DNA of 64,000 nucleotides from Spirochaetia bacterium (GTDB lineage Bacteria; Spirochaetota; Spirochaetia; G963692905): NCBI GenBank assembly GCA_965261245.1, contig OZ253446.1, positions 2,069,587 to 2,133,586 of the forward strand, read 5' to 3'. Shown piece by piece: positions 47,200 to 56,968 of this stretch (position 1 is its first letter; each line of letters starts with the position of its first letter). The notes under the pieces were generated by a model. It saw only the letters and a program-made list of their open reading frames with translations, ran no database searches and was not told where the DNA came from. The position numbers and the translations under genes were made by a program.

Positions 47200-50133
47200 A
47201 TGTATAAAATACGCACAGCAAAGTTCGGAGTATATTCTGCAATAATTGCCCTGGTTGCAATTACTACCCTGCCGCTGGTTATAGCCGGCTGCGAGGCTGA
47301 TACCACCGGGACAGGGGGCGGCACCGCCAAGGTAGCCGAGGGCGGTACCTGTACCGCCGATAACGAATGTGTCGACGGGTTGGTATGTACCGGGGAGGCC
47401 GGTGCCCGGGTATGCAGGCAACCCGGCACAGGTGTGGGCGGTACCTTGTGCGGTATCGATAGCCATTGCGCGGATGGTCTGATGTGTGTAGCCGGGGTCT
47501 GCTCGGGCGGCGCGGGGGGCAATATCGGGGATACGTGCAGTGTCAATGACGATTGCACCGATCTGCTGATTTGCGGCAGTGACGGTATGTGCGGTATAGC
47601 GGCGGGCAATGGGTGCGGGACCGATACCCAATGTACCGAAGGCCTGGTGTGCGCAGGAGCATCCGGGGCGCAGACATGCGGGCAGCCCGGGACCGGTGAG
47701 ACCGGGAGTGTGTGCGGTACCGACGGCCACTGTACCGGCTCCCGGGTATGCGAGAGCGGGACGTGCAAAGCAGCCGCGGACGGGGCGTGTACTGTTGATA
47801 GCGGGTGCGTTGAAACCCTGATATGCACGGGCGCGCTCGGAACCAAGGTGTGCGGGGAACCCGGGAGCGGTGCGGGCGGGAGCGTGTGCGGCAACGATGA
47901 CCACTGTACCGATGCGCTGATTTGCGGCGCCGGGGCGTGCGGGACACCGGCTGGCGGGACTTGTAGTGCCGACGGCGATTGTGCCGGTAATTTGACCTGC
48001 GGGGCCGGGGTATGCTCGAGCGGGACGGACGGCGATGCGTGCAGTGCCGATAGCCAATGTACCGACCCGCTGGTATGCACCGGGGCAACGGGTAGTCAGG
48101 TATGCACTCAACCCGGCTCTGGCGCGGCTGGGGGTGTGTGCGGGAACAACGACCACTGTACCGACCCCCTGGTGTGCGGGAATGGTGCGTGCGGGATAGC
48201 AGTTGGCGGCACCTGTACGGACGATGACGGGTGTGCTGGTGATTTTATATGCACCGGCACGGCCGGCGCCCTGGTATGCAGTCAACCCGGGAGCGGTGCG
48301 GGCGGAAGTGTGTGCGGGAACGATGACCACTGTACCAACTCACTGGTATGCGGCGCCGGGGTGTGCGGGATAGCAGCCGGGGCTACCTGTACGGACGATG
48401 ACGGGTGTGCTGGTGCCCTGATATGTACTGGTGCGGCCGGTGCCCTGGTGTGCAGTCAAGCCGGTACCGGCGCGGGCGGGAGTGTGTGCGGCAACAACGA
48501 CCACTGTACCGATCCGCTTGTGTGCGGGAATGGTGCGTGCGGGATAGCAGTCGGCGGTACCTGTACGGACGATGACGGGTGTGCTGGTGATTTTATATGC
48601 ACCGGCACGGCGGGTGCCCTGGTATGCAGTCAACCCGGTACTGGTGCGGGCGGGAACGTGTGCGGTCTCGATAGCCACTGTACCAGCCCGCTGATTTGCG
48701 GCGCGGGAGCGTGCGGGGCAGCTGCTGGCGGGGCTTGCAGCATCGACAACGACTGTGCCGGTAGTTTGACCTGCGGGGCTGGGGTATGCTCGGGCGGGAC
48801 GGTCGGCGATGCATGCAGTGCCGATGACCAATGTACCGACCCGCTGGTATGCACCGGGGCAACGGGTAGTCAGGTATGCACTCAGGCTGGCTCTGGGGCG
48901 AGCGGGAGTGTGTGCGGCAACAACGACCATTGTAACCAGGGCCTGGTATGCGGGAACGGGACATGCGGGTTGGCGGTGAACGAAACGTGTACCGCCGACA
49001 GCGAGTGTGCCGGCGGGCTGATATGCGCGGGCGCGGCGGGTAGTCTGGTATGCAGTCAACCCGGGTCTGGCGCGAGCGGAAGTGTGTGCGGTATCAGCGA
49101 TCATTGCACCACTCCTCTGGTGTGCGGGGGCGGGGCTTGTGCGGGAACAGGCACCGTATGGGCAGCACAGACAAGCAATGTAAACAGAACGCTGCAAGAT
49201 ATCCACTATGCTAATGACCTGTGGGTGGGGGTTGGGTCGAACGGCGTCATCGCCACAAGTGGAAACGGTACCGAGTGGACGTCACAGACAAGCAATGTAA
49301 CCAATCAACTGAACAACGTATACTATGCCAATAACCTATGGGTAGCGGTGGGGTCGCGGGGTACGGTTACCACGAGTACAAACGGCACCATGTGGGAAGT
49401 GCAGGATAGTAAGGTAAGCAGTACGCTACGGGACGTCCACTATGACAACAGCCTATGGGTAGCAGTGGGGGCAAACGGCGTACTCACCACCAGTGCCAAC
49501 GGTACCGAGTGGACGGCGCAAACCAGCAGGGTAGGCGGGTTGGACGCTGTATATTATGCCAATAACCTATGGGTAGCGGTGGGCGGTGCCCTTGATGTCA
49601 GTACCAGCACAATGGTAGGGACCATAACAACCAGTGCAACCGGTACCTCGTGGGAGGCACGGACAAGCAACGCGGCCTCGCTGGAAGCCGTCTACTATGA
49701 CAATAGCCGATGGGTAGCGGTGGGGGACGGCGGGGCAATCACCACCAGTACAAACGGTACCTCGTGGGCGGCACAGACAAGTAATGTAACCAGCACACTG
49801 GAAAGCGTCTACTACGGCAATAGTCAATGGGTAGCTGTCGGGGACGGGGCCGTCATCACCACCAGTGCAAATGGTACCGCGTGGACGGCGCGGACAAGCA
49901 ATGTCAGCGGCTCGTTAAACGACGTACACTACGCCAATAACCTATGGGTAGCGGTTGGTAGTTTTTCTGACAGCAGCACCAGCACAACCACAGGAACCAT
50001 CACAACCAGTGCAAATGGTACCGCGTGGACGGCGCGGACAAGCAACATAAGCAACACACTGCAGGGCGTTCACTTCGGCGATGATCTATGGGTTGTGGTG
50101 GGGAGCGGGGGGACCGCAATAACAGCGCCATAG
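47200..50133 (+). CDS. Large lipoprotein: N-terminal Cys-rich repeats of the surface-protein family fused to a C-terminal beta-propeller-like repeat domain
   Basis: Signal peptide with lipobox VIAGC; repeats C-x-x-D-x-x-C-x-x-x-L-x-C-T-G...GSVCG-x-D-x-HC; about 7 C-terminal repeats L-x-x-V-x-Y-A-N-N-L-W-V-A-V-G-x-x-G-x-I-x-T-S-x-N-G-T-x-W. Confidence 0.6.
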   Translation: MYKIRTAKFGVYSAIIALVAITTLPLVIAGCEADTTGTGGGTAKVAEGGTCTADNECVDGLVCTGEAGARVCRQPGTGVGGTLCGIDSHCADGLMCVAGVCSGGAGGNIGDTCSVNDDCTDLLICGSDGMCGIAAGNGCGTDTQCTEGLVCAGASGAQTCGQPGTGETGSVCGTDGHCTGSRVCESGTCKAAADGACTVDSGCVETLICTGALGTKVCGEPGSGAGGSVCGNDDHCTDALICGAGACGTPAGGTCSADGDCAGNLTCGAGVCSSGTDGDACSADSQCTDPLVCTGATGSQVCTQPGSGAAGGVCGNNDHCTDPLVCGNGACGIAVGGTCTDDDGCAGDFICTGTAGALVCSQPGSGAGGSVCGNDDHCTNSLVCGAGVCGIAAGATCTDDDGCAGALICTGAAGALVCSQAGTGAGGSVCGNNDHCTDPLVCGNGACGIAVGGTCTDDDGCAGDFICTGTAGALVCSQPGTGAGGNVCGLDSHCTSPLICGAGACGAAAGGACSIDNDCAGSLTCGAGVCSGGTVGDACSADDQCTDPLVCTGATGSQVCTQAGSGASGSVCGNNDHCNQGLVCGNGTCGLAVNETCTADSECAGGLICAGAAGSLVCSQPGSGASGSVCGISDHCTTPLVCGGGACAGTGTVWAAQTSNVNRTLQDIHYANDLWVGVGSNGVIATSGNGTEWTSQTSNVTNQLNNVYYANNLWVAVGSRGTVTTSTNGTMWEVQDSKVSSTLRDVHYDNSLWVAVGANGVLTTSANGTEWTAQTSRVGGLDAVYYANNLWVAVGGALDVSTSTMVGTITTSATGTSWEARTSNAASLEAVYYDNSRWVAVGDGGAITTSTNGTSWAAQTSNVTSTLESVYYGNSQWVAVGDGAVITTSANGTAWTARTSNVSGSLNDVHYANNLWVAVGSFSDSSTSTTTGTITTSANGTAWTARTSNISNTLQGVHFGDDLWVVVGSGGTAITAP

Positions 50134-50221
50134 CCCACCATAGCCGTAGGGGCAACAGGCAGGGGCTTTTAAATATTTTAAAAAACTGTTAAATTTTTAT
50201 TTTTTTGCATATAATATACAT

Positions 50222-52930
50222 GTGATACAAAAACGATTAATTATTTCCATTGCCCTCAGTGTACTGGTAACCCTTACCGTACTGGCAATAACCGGATGTC
50301 CGGAAGAAACCACGGGCGGCGGCGGTGGTAGTGGGGAGCCAATTGCCTACATATGTGAAAACGGCACCCCGCTCCCTGATGCCGCTCCCGCCCCGGATAC
50401 CACGGGGTGCCAGGCCTGCAACGACGGGTACGTCATAGATGATGCCCGGTGTGTACTTGCATACACGTGCGAGAACGGCACGCCGATCTCTGACTCTACT
50501 CCCGAGGGAGATGGTTCGCCTGAATCTATGGGGTGCCAGAGATGCGACGACGGGTATTTCCTGGACGGTGTCAGGTGTGTACTGCCATACACGTGCGAGA
50601 ACGGCACCCCGATCTCCGATTCTGCGCCCGCCCCGGGTGCACCCGATACCACGGGGTGCCAGGTCTGCGATGACGGATACTTCATGGACGGCATCAGGTG
50701 TGTATTACCATATACGTGTGAGAACGGAACACCGATCTCCGATTCTGCGCCCGCCCCGGGTGCACCCGATACCACAGGGTGCCAGGCCTGCAATGACGGG
50801 TACGTCATAGATGATGCCCGGTGTGTACATGCATACACGTGCGTGAACGGCACGCCTCCTGCTCCGGCGGGCGGTGCACCTGCCGCGGGGGCTGCCAGCT
50901 GCCAGGTCTGCGACGACGGGTATACTCTGGACGGCGTTGCCTCGGCGCCTGGGAGCAGCTGTGTAGTTAGATATACATGTGAAAACGGCATCGCCCCGCA
51001 AGACGTGATTGCTCCCACGATCGGTGCCGTCAACTGCCAGAGCTGCAATCAGGGGCATGTTCTCAGTGACGGCATCGGGGGGGTTGGGGTCACTTGTTTG
51101 ACAGATACCGACCTCGACAGCATTGCGGATGTTGCGGATAACTGTCCGAACGTCCCGAACGTCAACCAGGAGATAGCCCAGGGGGAGAGTAGCGGGCAGG
51201 CCTGCGATAGTGATATTGATGATGACAACGATGGGCTCATAGAAATATGGTCGCTTGCTGAACTCTACAATATGCGCCTCAACCTGGACGGCAGTGCCCC
51301 CGTAGGTACCATCGGGACCAGTCCAACCGAGCCCGCAAACTGTGACGACGGCAATAGCGCAACAACAATAGTACTCTGCGGATACGAGCTTGCCCAGAGT
51401 TTGGATTTTGATCGGGACGGAGATGGGTCGACCATTGATGATGCCGGGGTTATTGACGAGGGAGATGATGTTCGGCCGTACTTTGTCGCCTCCGTTGGGG
51501 GTTGGGTGCCGGTCGGCAGTGCGCCGGATTCATTTGCCGCTATATTTGACGGCAACGGGCATACCATTAACAACCTGACAGTCCGCAGCGCTACCGCAAC
51601 CTTTGTTGGTCTGTTTGGATCAATTAATACCGGGACGCAAATCCGTAATGTCGGTATTACCAATGCGTATGTGGAGAGCACAATGGTATCCACCAGATCT
51701 GTATTTACAGGCGGGCTGGTTGGGCGCATAACAGATGGTACTATTAGCGCATCCTACGCTGACGCAACCGTCAGGAGCGGCGCGGGAAGCATTGACCAGG
51801 TCGGGGGATTGGTCGGCGAGCAGGCCGGCGGGGTTATTAGTGCCAGTTATACTACCGGGAGCGTCACCAGTGGGGGCGGGGCCGCTGACTCTATCGGGGG
51901 ACTGGTAGGAAGACAGATTGGCGGGAGCATCATCGCAAGCAATTCTACGGCAACAACCACGGGGAGCACGGATGGTGTCGAAAGTATCGGGGGATTGGTC
52001 GGGCACCAGAGAGCTGGGTCAATTACTGCCAGCTATGCGTCCGGGAATGTCGGCAGCGGGGGCGAGTCAGGTGTCGATTCCATCGGAGGATTGGTCGGCG
52101 TGCAGGGCGGAGTAGACAATGAAGACGCGTTTATCACGGCGTGCTATGCCGCAGGTACCGTCACCGGCGGAGAGGGCGGGGCTGAAAGGGTCGGCGGGTT
52201 GGTTGGCGAACAGCATTTCGGTGTTATCACCGCCGCCTACTCCACTGGAGACGTCAGTGGTGAAGGTGGGAACGGCGATTATGTCGGCGGGCTGGTCGGC
52301 GAGCAGGCGCGGGGCAGCTCTATATTCACAAGCTACGCCACCGGGGATGCCGACGGCGGTCCCGGGGGCGAGGGTACCAGCGATGACGATGTGGTCGGTG
52401 CCCTGGTCGGGAGAATCGATACGCGCAGACCAGGCATTATCGGGGCATCGTATGGATTCGGTGAGGTTAGCAACGAAGAGACAAGCGGCGTGTCCAGTAG
52501 TCCGGCGGGCGCGGCGCTGAGTGCTGCAACTGACATCACCGTTGCTAATACCCCGGAGTGTACCGATCCCGCGTATACTAGTAAATCAGCATGCGAATCC
52601 GCCACTCTCGTTATCGCCGCCGGGGTCTGGGATTCGGCTGATACGAGCTGCTCGGCACCAGCTATGAGCCCAACCGCCGGGGTAGATTACACCACCTACA
52701 CCGAAGAAACGGTGTGTACCGCCCCTGCTGCAAAAACCGCCGCCGATACCTGGGTGACATGGAACAGTGCTGCAAACAACAACTTGAACGCCTGGGTCAT
52801 TACCTCCAGTACCGCGCCGCGGCTCCGCTATGCCGATTACGACGGAAGTACCAGTACTGTGTACGCGTGCAGTATGTTTCCCGCATCAGCGAACTGCGGG
52901 ACTACTGGCGATCTCCTGCCTGGGCAGTAA
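50222..52930 (+). CDS. Large surface-protein family paralog (five ~40-aa Cys-rich repeats, thrombospondin-type-3-like module, GLUG-like repeats, conserved C-terminal tail)
   Basis: GTG start; lipoprotein signal LAITGC; repeats YTCENGTPISDS...GCQ-x-CDDGY; DTDLDSIADVADNCPNVPNVNQ; C-terminal RLRYADYDGS...PGQ. Confidence 0.6.
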   Translation: MIQKRLIISIALSVLVTLTVLAITGCPEETTGGGGGSGEPIAYICENGTPLPDAAPAPDTTGCQACNDGYVIDDARCVLAYTCENGTPISDSTPEGDGSPESMGCQRCDDGYFLDGVRCVLPYTCENGTPISDSAPAPGAPDTTGCQVCDDGYFMDGIRCVLPYTCENGTPISDSAPAPGAPDTTGCQACNDGYVIDDARCVHAYTCVNGTPPAPAGGAPAAGAASCQVCDDGYTLDGVASAPGSSCVVRYTCENGIAPQDVIAPTIGAVNCQSCNQGHVLSDGIGGVGVTCLTDTDLDSIADVADNCPNVPNVNQEIAQGESSGQACDSDIDDDNDGLIEIWSLAELYNMRLNLDGSAPVGTIGTSPTEPANCDDGNSATTIVLCGYELAQSLDFDRDGDGSTIDDAGVIDEGDDVRPYFVASVGGWVPVGSAPDSFAAIFDGNGHTINNLTVRSATATFVGLFGSINTGTQIRNVGITNAYVESTMVSTRSVFTGGLVGRITDGTISASYADATVRSGAGSIDQVGGLVGEQAGGVISASYTTGSVTSGGGAADSIGGLVGRQIGGSIIASNSTATTTGSTDGVESIGGLVGHQRAGSITASYASGNVGSGGESGVDSIGGLVGVQGGVDNEDAFITACYAAGTVTGGEGGAERVGGLVGEQHFGVITAAYSTGDVSGEGGNGDYVGGLVGEQARGSSIFTSYATGDADGGPGGEGTSDDDVVGALVGRIDTRRPGIIGASYGFGEVSNEETSGVSSSPAGAALSAATDITVANTPECTDPAYTSKSACESATLVIAAGVWDSADTSCSAPAMSPTAGVDYTTYTEETVCTAPAAKTAADTWVTWNSAANNNLNAWVITSSTAPRLRYADYDGSTSTVYACSMFPASANCGTTGDLLPGQ

Positions 52931-52964
52931 TCGCGCCCGCCCGCCCGCGCTTTTGGGACTTGCC

Positions 52965-54536
52965 CTACCCCGTGCTCGCGCGAGAGGGTGTGTTCCCAGG
53001 GGGAGCGGGAGGGGTCTGAAGGCGGCGCAGGCGGGCGGGGTCGAATTTTAACTGCAGGGAGCGGTCGCGGATCGGTACGAAGGCACCGGGGCGTTTATCT
53101 TTCGAGCGGCGCAGGTGCTTGACCTCGGTGTAGTGGACGTCGACAAAGTCGTCACGGCGGGCCTTGCTGTAATAGTGGGCCAGGGTGGCGCCGTCGTAGA
53201 GTACCGATAACGCGATCGGCTTGTTGCGGGCACGGGGACGGATAAACACCGAGCTGCCCTCGCGGTTACGGGCGTGCATCCACATATCGTGGGGCTTGGC
53301 GTAATGGCGGAACAGGGCGTCGTTCTCGGTTGCCGAGCGTCCGACCACAATGGTGTGGCCTTGTGAGTGGAAGAGTACTCCCGCGCTGCCGCCCGCGCCG
53401 CTGGTGCCCGCGCCGCTGGTGCCGGTTTTCCGCAGTGCGGCGCCTCCCCCCCCGCCCGCGGTGCCTGCGGTACCGGGGTCCAGGGTTTTATATAATGCCT
53501 TCAGTTGGTGGAACGAGTACTGCGCGAGAGTGCGCTGGCGCTGTTCGATGTCCTCTAATTCTTTCTGCAGCACTTGAGTGCGGGCCCCGGCGTGTACCGC
53601 CGACTCCTGCAGGGTGCGGTAGTGACGAAAATACTTTTGCGCATTTTCCTGGATGTTGAGTTTGCTGTCCAGGGGTATCGGGGAGGTTGCCGGGGCGATG
53701 GTGATTTGCTCCGCCCCGGGGGCATATTGGCCGCTCTGGCGGGCCGCGGTGGTGTGGCGCACCAGGAGTTCGCCGCGCTGGCGGGCGAGGGCTGCGCGTT
53801 CCTGTAGAGCCGCTGGAGATTGTTGGGTCAGGGTGTGCTCAATTTTGCGCTTGCGTGCGGCAAGCAGCTCAGTGACACGCGCAAGCATCTCCCGGTGGGC
53901 GCCGCCGTCCCTGTCCCCGGGGTGTGCCCCGCGGTAGTGGGTATCGATAAAAGCATTGAAGCTGACATCAGGCGGGTACGGGCGGATTACAGCAGGGTAC
54001 GGGGCGGCGAGAGCATCCACAGGAGACGGCGGGAGTGATGGGGAAATCACCGCCATACCGCGGGCGGATACCAGGGGCTCCCCGCTCGTCTCGCCGTGCT
54101 GCGGGCGGCGGTAGTAGGCATCAATAATCTGCAGCCCCGCATCGGTAAGGATGGTGTTGGCGGCTCCGCTCCACAACCGTATCCAGAGCAGGTAGCGCGT
54201 GCCGTCAGGCGGTACGTCGATGGCAATGCGCACAATACGCTGGTCGGCAACCTGCAGGATACTCTGCACCCGCCCGCCTACCAGACGCGCCCGCAGCAGC
54301 TCCACAAAGCGCGGCGGACGGTGCATGCGTTTGCCCCCGCGGGAGCTCAGGTGCAGGGCACAGGCCCCGTGGCGGTGGCTGATGCGTAACCGCATTACGT
54401 CATCCGCGCTGTCGGGCGGGCTCTGGAAAATCAGCAGCAGTGATTCAAAATCGGGCTGAACCGCATCGGTCAGGACGGCACCGTGCAGCGGCGCCTCCGC
54501 AATGATTGCGTTAATTTCCCGCCAGTTTAGCGACAT
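52965..54536 (-). CDS. NFACT-family protein (fibronectin-binding protein A / RqcH-like)
   Basis: N-terminal NFACT-N-like region (MSLNWREINAII...); central coiled coil; C-terminal NFACT-R/DUF814-like segment. Confidence 0.6.
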   Translation of the reverse strand: MSLNWREINAIIAEAPLHGAVLTDAVQPDFESLLLIFQSPPDSADDVMRLRISHRHGACALHLSSRGGKRMHRPPRFVELLRARLVGGRVQSILQVADQRIVRIAIDVPPDGTRYLLWIRLWSGAANTILTDAGLQIIDAYYRRPQHGETSGEPLVSARGMAVISPSLPPSPVDALAAPYPAVIRPYPPDVSFNAFIDTHYRGAHPGDRDGGAHREMLARVTELLAARKRKIEHTLTQQSPAALQERAALARQRGELLVRHTTAARQSGQYAPGAEQITIAPATSPIPLDSKLNIQENAQKYFRHYRTLQESAVHAGARTQVLQKELEDIEQRQRTLAQYSFHQLKALYKTLDPGTAGTAGGGGGAALRKTGTSGAGTSGAGGSAGVLFHSQGHTIVVGRSATENDALFRHYAKPHDMWMHARNREGSSVFIRPRARNKPIALSVLYDGATLAHYYSKARRDDFVDVHYTEVKHLRRSKDKRPGAFVPIRDRSLQLKFDPARLRRLQTPPAPPGNTPSRASTG

Positions 54537-54584
54537 ACTGTCTGTCTTGCGTACATCACTGCCGCAGCGGCGCGGCAGGCAGGA

Positions 54585-55580
54585 TTACCGGCTACACAGA
54601 CGCTCAATTTCCGCAAGCTCATCGGCGGTAAACGGCGCCAACCCCCTGGGGGCAAAATTCTCCTGCGCCTGGGCGGTAGTACGGATACCCGGGATGGGAG
54701 TTGTCTGCTGCGAATCGCTGATAATCCATGCCAGCGACCCTTGTGCCAGCGTCCGCTCCCCGGATGCCAGGATATTCCGCAAAGCGTGCAGGCGCGCAAG
54801 GTAGTCGTCGTGTGGACGGCCGTCTTTAAAATACTGCATCCACTCAGGGGCCTGGGAACCGCGCACATCGGCGCCCTCAACGGTGGTTTCGGCACTGTAT
54901 TTTCCAGACAGTATCCCCATTGCCAACGGGCCGCGGTTAATCGCCCCAAGGGCATTACCCTCGGCCGCCTCAACGCATTTCCGATTGGGGTCAAAGACGT
55001 TATGCTGGAATTGCACTGCACTGCAGTGCCCGCCCTTGCTCTCTGCGGCGGCAACCATGGCAATAATACTTGCCGGGTTATCGGTACTCCACCCGTAGGC
55101 GCGGATTTTTCCTTCCTGTACCAGTGCCTCCAGGGTCTCTACTATCGGGGCTATGTCTGCAGCGTCGTACTCATTAATATGAAACTGATACAGATCGATA
55201 TAATCGCTCTGCAGCCGCTTAAGTGAGTTTTCACACTGCTGGCGGATAAACCCAGGATCCGCTGCCTGCCCGGTAACCTGTTTGGTCGATTCATCAAAAC
55301 GGACCCCGAACTTGGTTGCAATAACTACGCGGTCACGGCGGCGGGAAAAGGTCTTGCCCACCAACCGCTCACTATGACCGGCCCCGTAGACATCGGCAGT
55401 ATCGAATAACGTTACCCCCATGTCGAACGCCGTCTCCAGGGCGCGCAGTGACTCCGCGTCGTCGGTCTCCCCCCACCCTAGCGGGGTTTTATCTGCATAC
55501 AATGGACCGCCGATGGCCCAGCACCCCATACCCACGGCACTAACCTCAATGCCGCTTCTACCTAATATCCGTTTTTCCAT
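54585..55580 (-). CDS. Aldo/keto reductase
   Basis: AKR N-terminus MEKRILGRSGIEVSAVGMGCWAIGG and FDTADVYG catalytic region; 331 aa. Confidence 0.85.
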   Translation of the reverse strand: MEKRILGRSGIEVSAVGMGCWAIGGPLYADKTPLGWGETDDAESLRALETAFDMGVTLFDTADVYGAGHSERLVGKTFSRRRDRVVIATKFGVRFDESTKQVTGQAADPGFIRQQCENSLKRLQSDYIDLYQFHINEYDAADIAPIVETLEALVQEGKIRAYGWSTDNPASIIAMVAAAESKGGHCSAVQFQHNVFDPNRKCVEAAEGNALGAINRGPLAMGILSGKYSAETTVEGADVRGSQAPEWMQYFKDGRPHDDYLARLHALRNILASGERTLAQGSLAWIISDSQQTTPIPGIRTTAQAQENFAPRGLAPFTADELAEIERLCSR

Positions 55581-55647
55581 ACCTGTATTATAGCATGCAA
55601 TCTCATGCTGCCGCCGCCCCCATAGGGGCTCCTGCGTGCAGTCAACG

Positions 55648-55719
55648 AGCGGGAGACGGGGATTGAACCCGCGACCGTCTGCTTGGGAAGCAGATACTCT
55701 ACCGCTGAGTTACTCCCGC
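55648..55719 (-). tRNA. tRNA-Gly (anticodon CCC)
   Basis: GCGGGAGTAACTCAGCGGTAGAGTA..TCTGC-TTCCCAA-GCAGA..GCGGGTTCAATCCCCGT-CTCCCGC; anticodon loop U33-CCC-A37; discriminator U. Confidence 0.8.
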
Positions 55720-55761
55720 AAACTAATCCCCTATCGTACCACCGCGCCCGGTTTCGGTCAA

Positions 55762-56961
55762 CCCCCTGTTTAACCTCAATACATTTAGGAATCCCCCACT
55801 ACTCCTACCCGCGCCCCTGGTACCCTCCCATTCTACTCAATTCTTCTATCTTCTCGCAAGGGGTAACATACCCTATCCCCGCATGGGGCCGAAACATATT
55901 ATAGGTTTCTACCCAATAGGCAAGCTCTTCATTTATCCCCGCCAGGGTATCGGGCACCTCACGGGTTTGATAAAACTCTTCATCAATCGTTCGATGTACC
56001 CGTTCTACATACGCATTTTGTTTTGGGGTACGGGGCCGGTTAACTAAAAGCCGGATACCCATCTGTTTACAATACGTCTCAAACTCTTTTTTAAACTCAC
56101 TCCCCCCGTCAATTTGAATAGCATCATAGGGTATCTCTGCCGGCATAGTTGCCAGTATCCGCATAACAAAATCTCTCCCGCACACCGCTGATGCCCGCGA
56201 ATATGCCCGTGACCAAAGATACCGGGTATTAATATGAATCGCAGAAAAATTATAGAATACTTTCCCAAGTATACAATACCGGTCACCGTCAATTTGAATA
56301 CGGGAGAGATTACCATGCTGCTTCTTTTTATACCCTTGGGCGTGTATTCTATTGTATTTCTTCGGCTTCCGGTAGACAAACTGCGTATCCGGCTGCCTGA
56401 TTGCTCCAGTTTCTTTCAGGTATGCAATGATACGTTCACAGGTAGCAACCGAAGGCGGGCAGAGTCTTTCTTTTTGCAGTTCCCAGTGAATCTTCCTGGC
56501 CCCCCACCGGCATGTATCAACATGGTTTCTTAAGAAAGTAATACGGGCCACTACCCGCGGGTCCCAGGATTTCTCCCGTACCCGGTTTGGTCTCCGGGAC
56601 TTGCACTCCAGGCCTGCCAGAGAGTTTTCTTTTACTACTCGTGCATTCCATCGGTACCAATAGGAAACCGAATGGCCGAAAGCATCTATAACACATTCCA
56701 GCGCACACCCAGGGGGCATTCCTTTTCTACATAGATTTTTCCATAACTCTATTCCCCGGTATCTTTCACTCGCCTCCGGTGAAAGATCAGGGGCAAGGGG
56801 GATATTCCACGCTTGCATAAATGCACGTGGAAAGCATATATTTTTCATAGGCGTCTTTTCTCCTTAGTTTGTAGTATTACCAAGGATACAGGAAAGGCGC
56901 CGTTTTTTGTAGACTTTTGCCTACCGGGGATTCCTATATGTGTTTGAGGTTATACACCCCC
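55762..56961 (-). mobile_element. IS481-like insertion sequence, copy 2, inserted about 40 bp from tRNA-Gly
   Basis: Terminal inverted repeats CCCCCTGTTTAACCTCAA (55762-55779) and TTGAGGTTATACACCCCC (56944-56961), same TIR family as copy 1. Confidence 0.65.
55805..56848 (-). CDS. IS481-family DDE transposase (diverged paralog of 12325-13323)
   Basis: IQIDGGSEF, RPRTPKQNAYVERVHRT and YNMFRPHAGIGYVTP integrase-core motifs. Confidence 0.8.
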   Translation of the reverse strand: MKNICFPRAFMQAWNIPLAPDLSPEASERYRGIELWKNLCRKGMPPGCALECVIDAFGHSVSYWYRWNARVVKENSLAGLECKSRRPNRVREKSWDPRVVARITFLRNHVDTCRWGARKIHWELQKERLCPPSVATCERIIAYLKETGAIRQPDTQFVYRKPKKYNRIHAQGYKKKQHGNLSRIQIDGDRYCILGKVFYNFSAIHINTRYLWSRAYSRASAVCGRDFVMRILATMPAEIPYDAIQIDGGSEFKKEFETYCKQMGIRLLVNRPRTPKQNAYVERVHRTIDEEFYQTREVPDTLAGINEELAYWVETYNMFRPHAGIGYVTPCEKIEELSRMGGYQGRG

Positions 56962-56968
56962 GCGGGCG

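Noticed and set aside
47101-48330. 409-aa minus-strand ORF (also 43787-44586 and 27750-28391) inside Cys-rich genes
   Set aside because: Antisense or frame-shifted readings of repetitive GC-rich Cys-repeat DNA; the sense-strand genes have signal peptides and a coherent repeat architecture.
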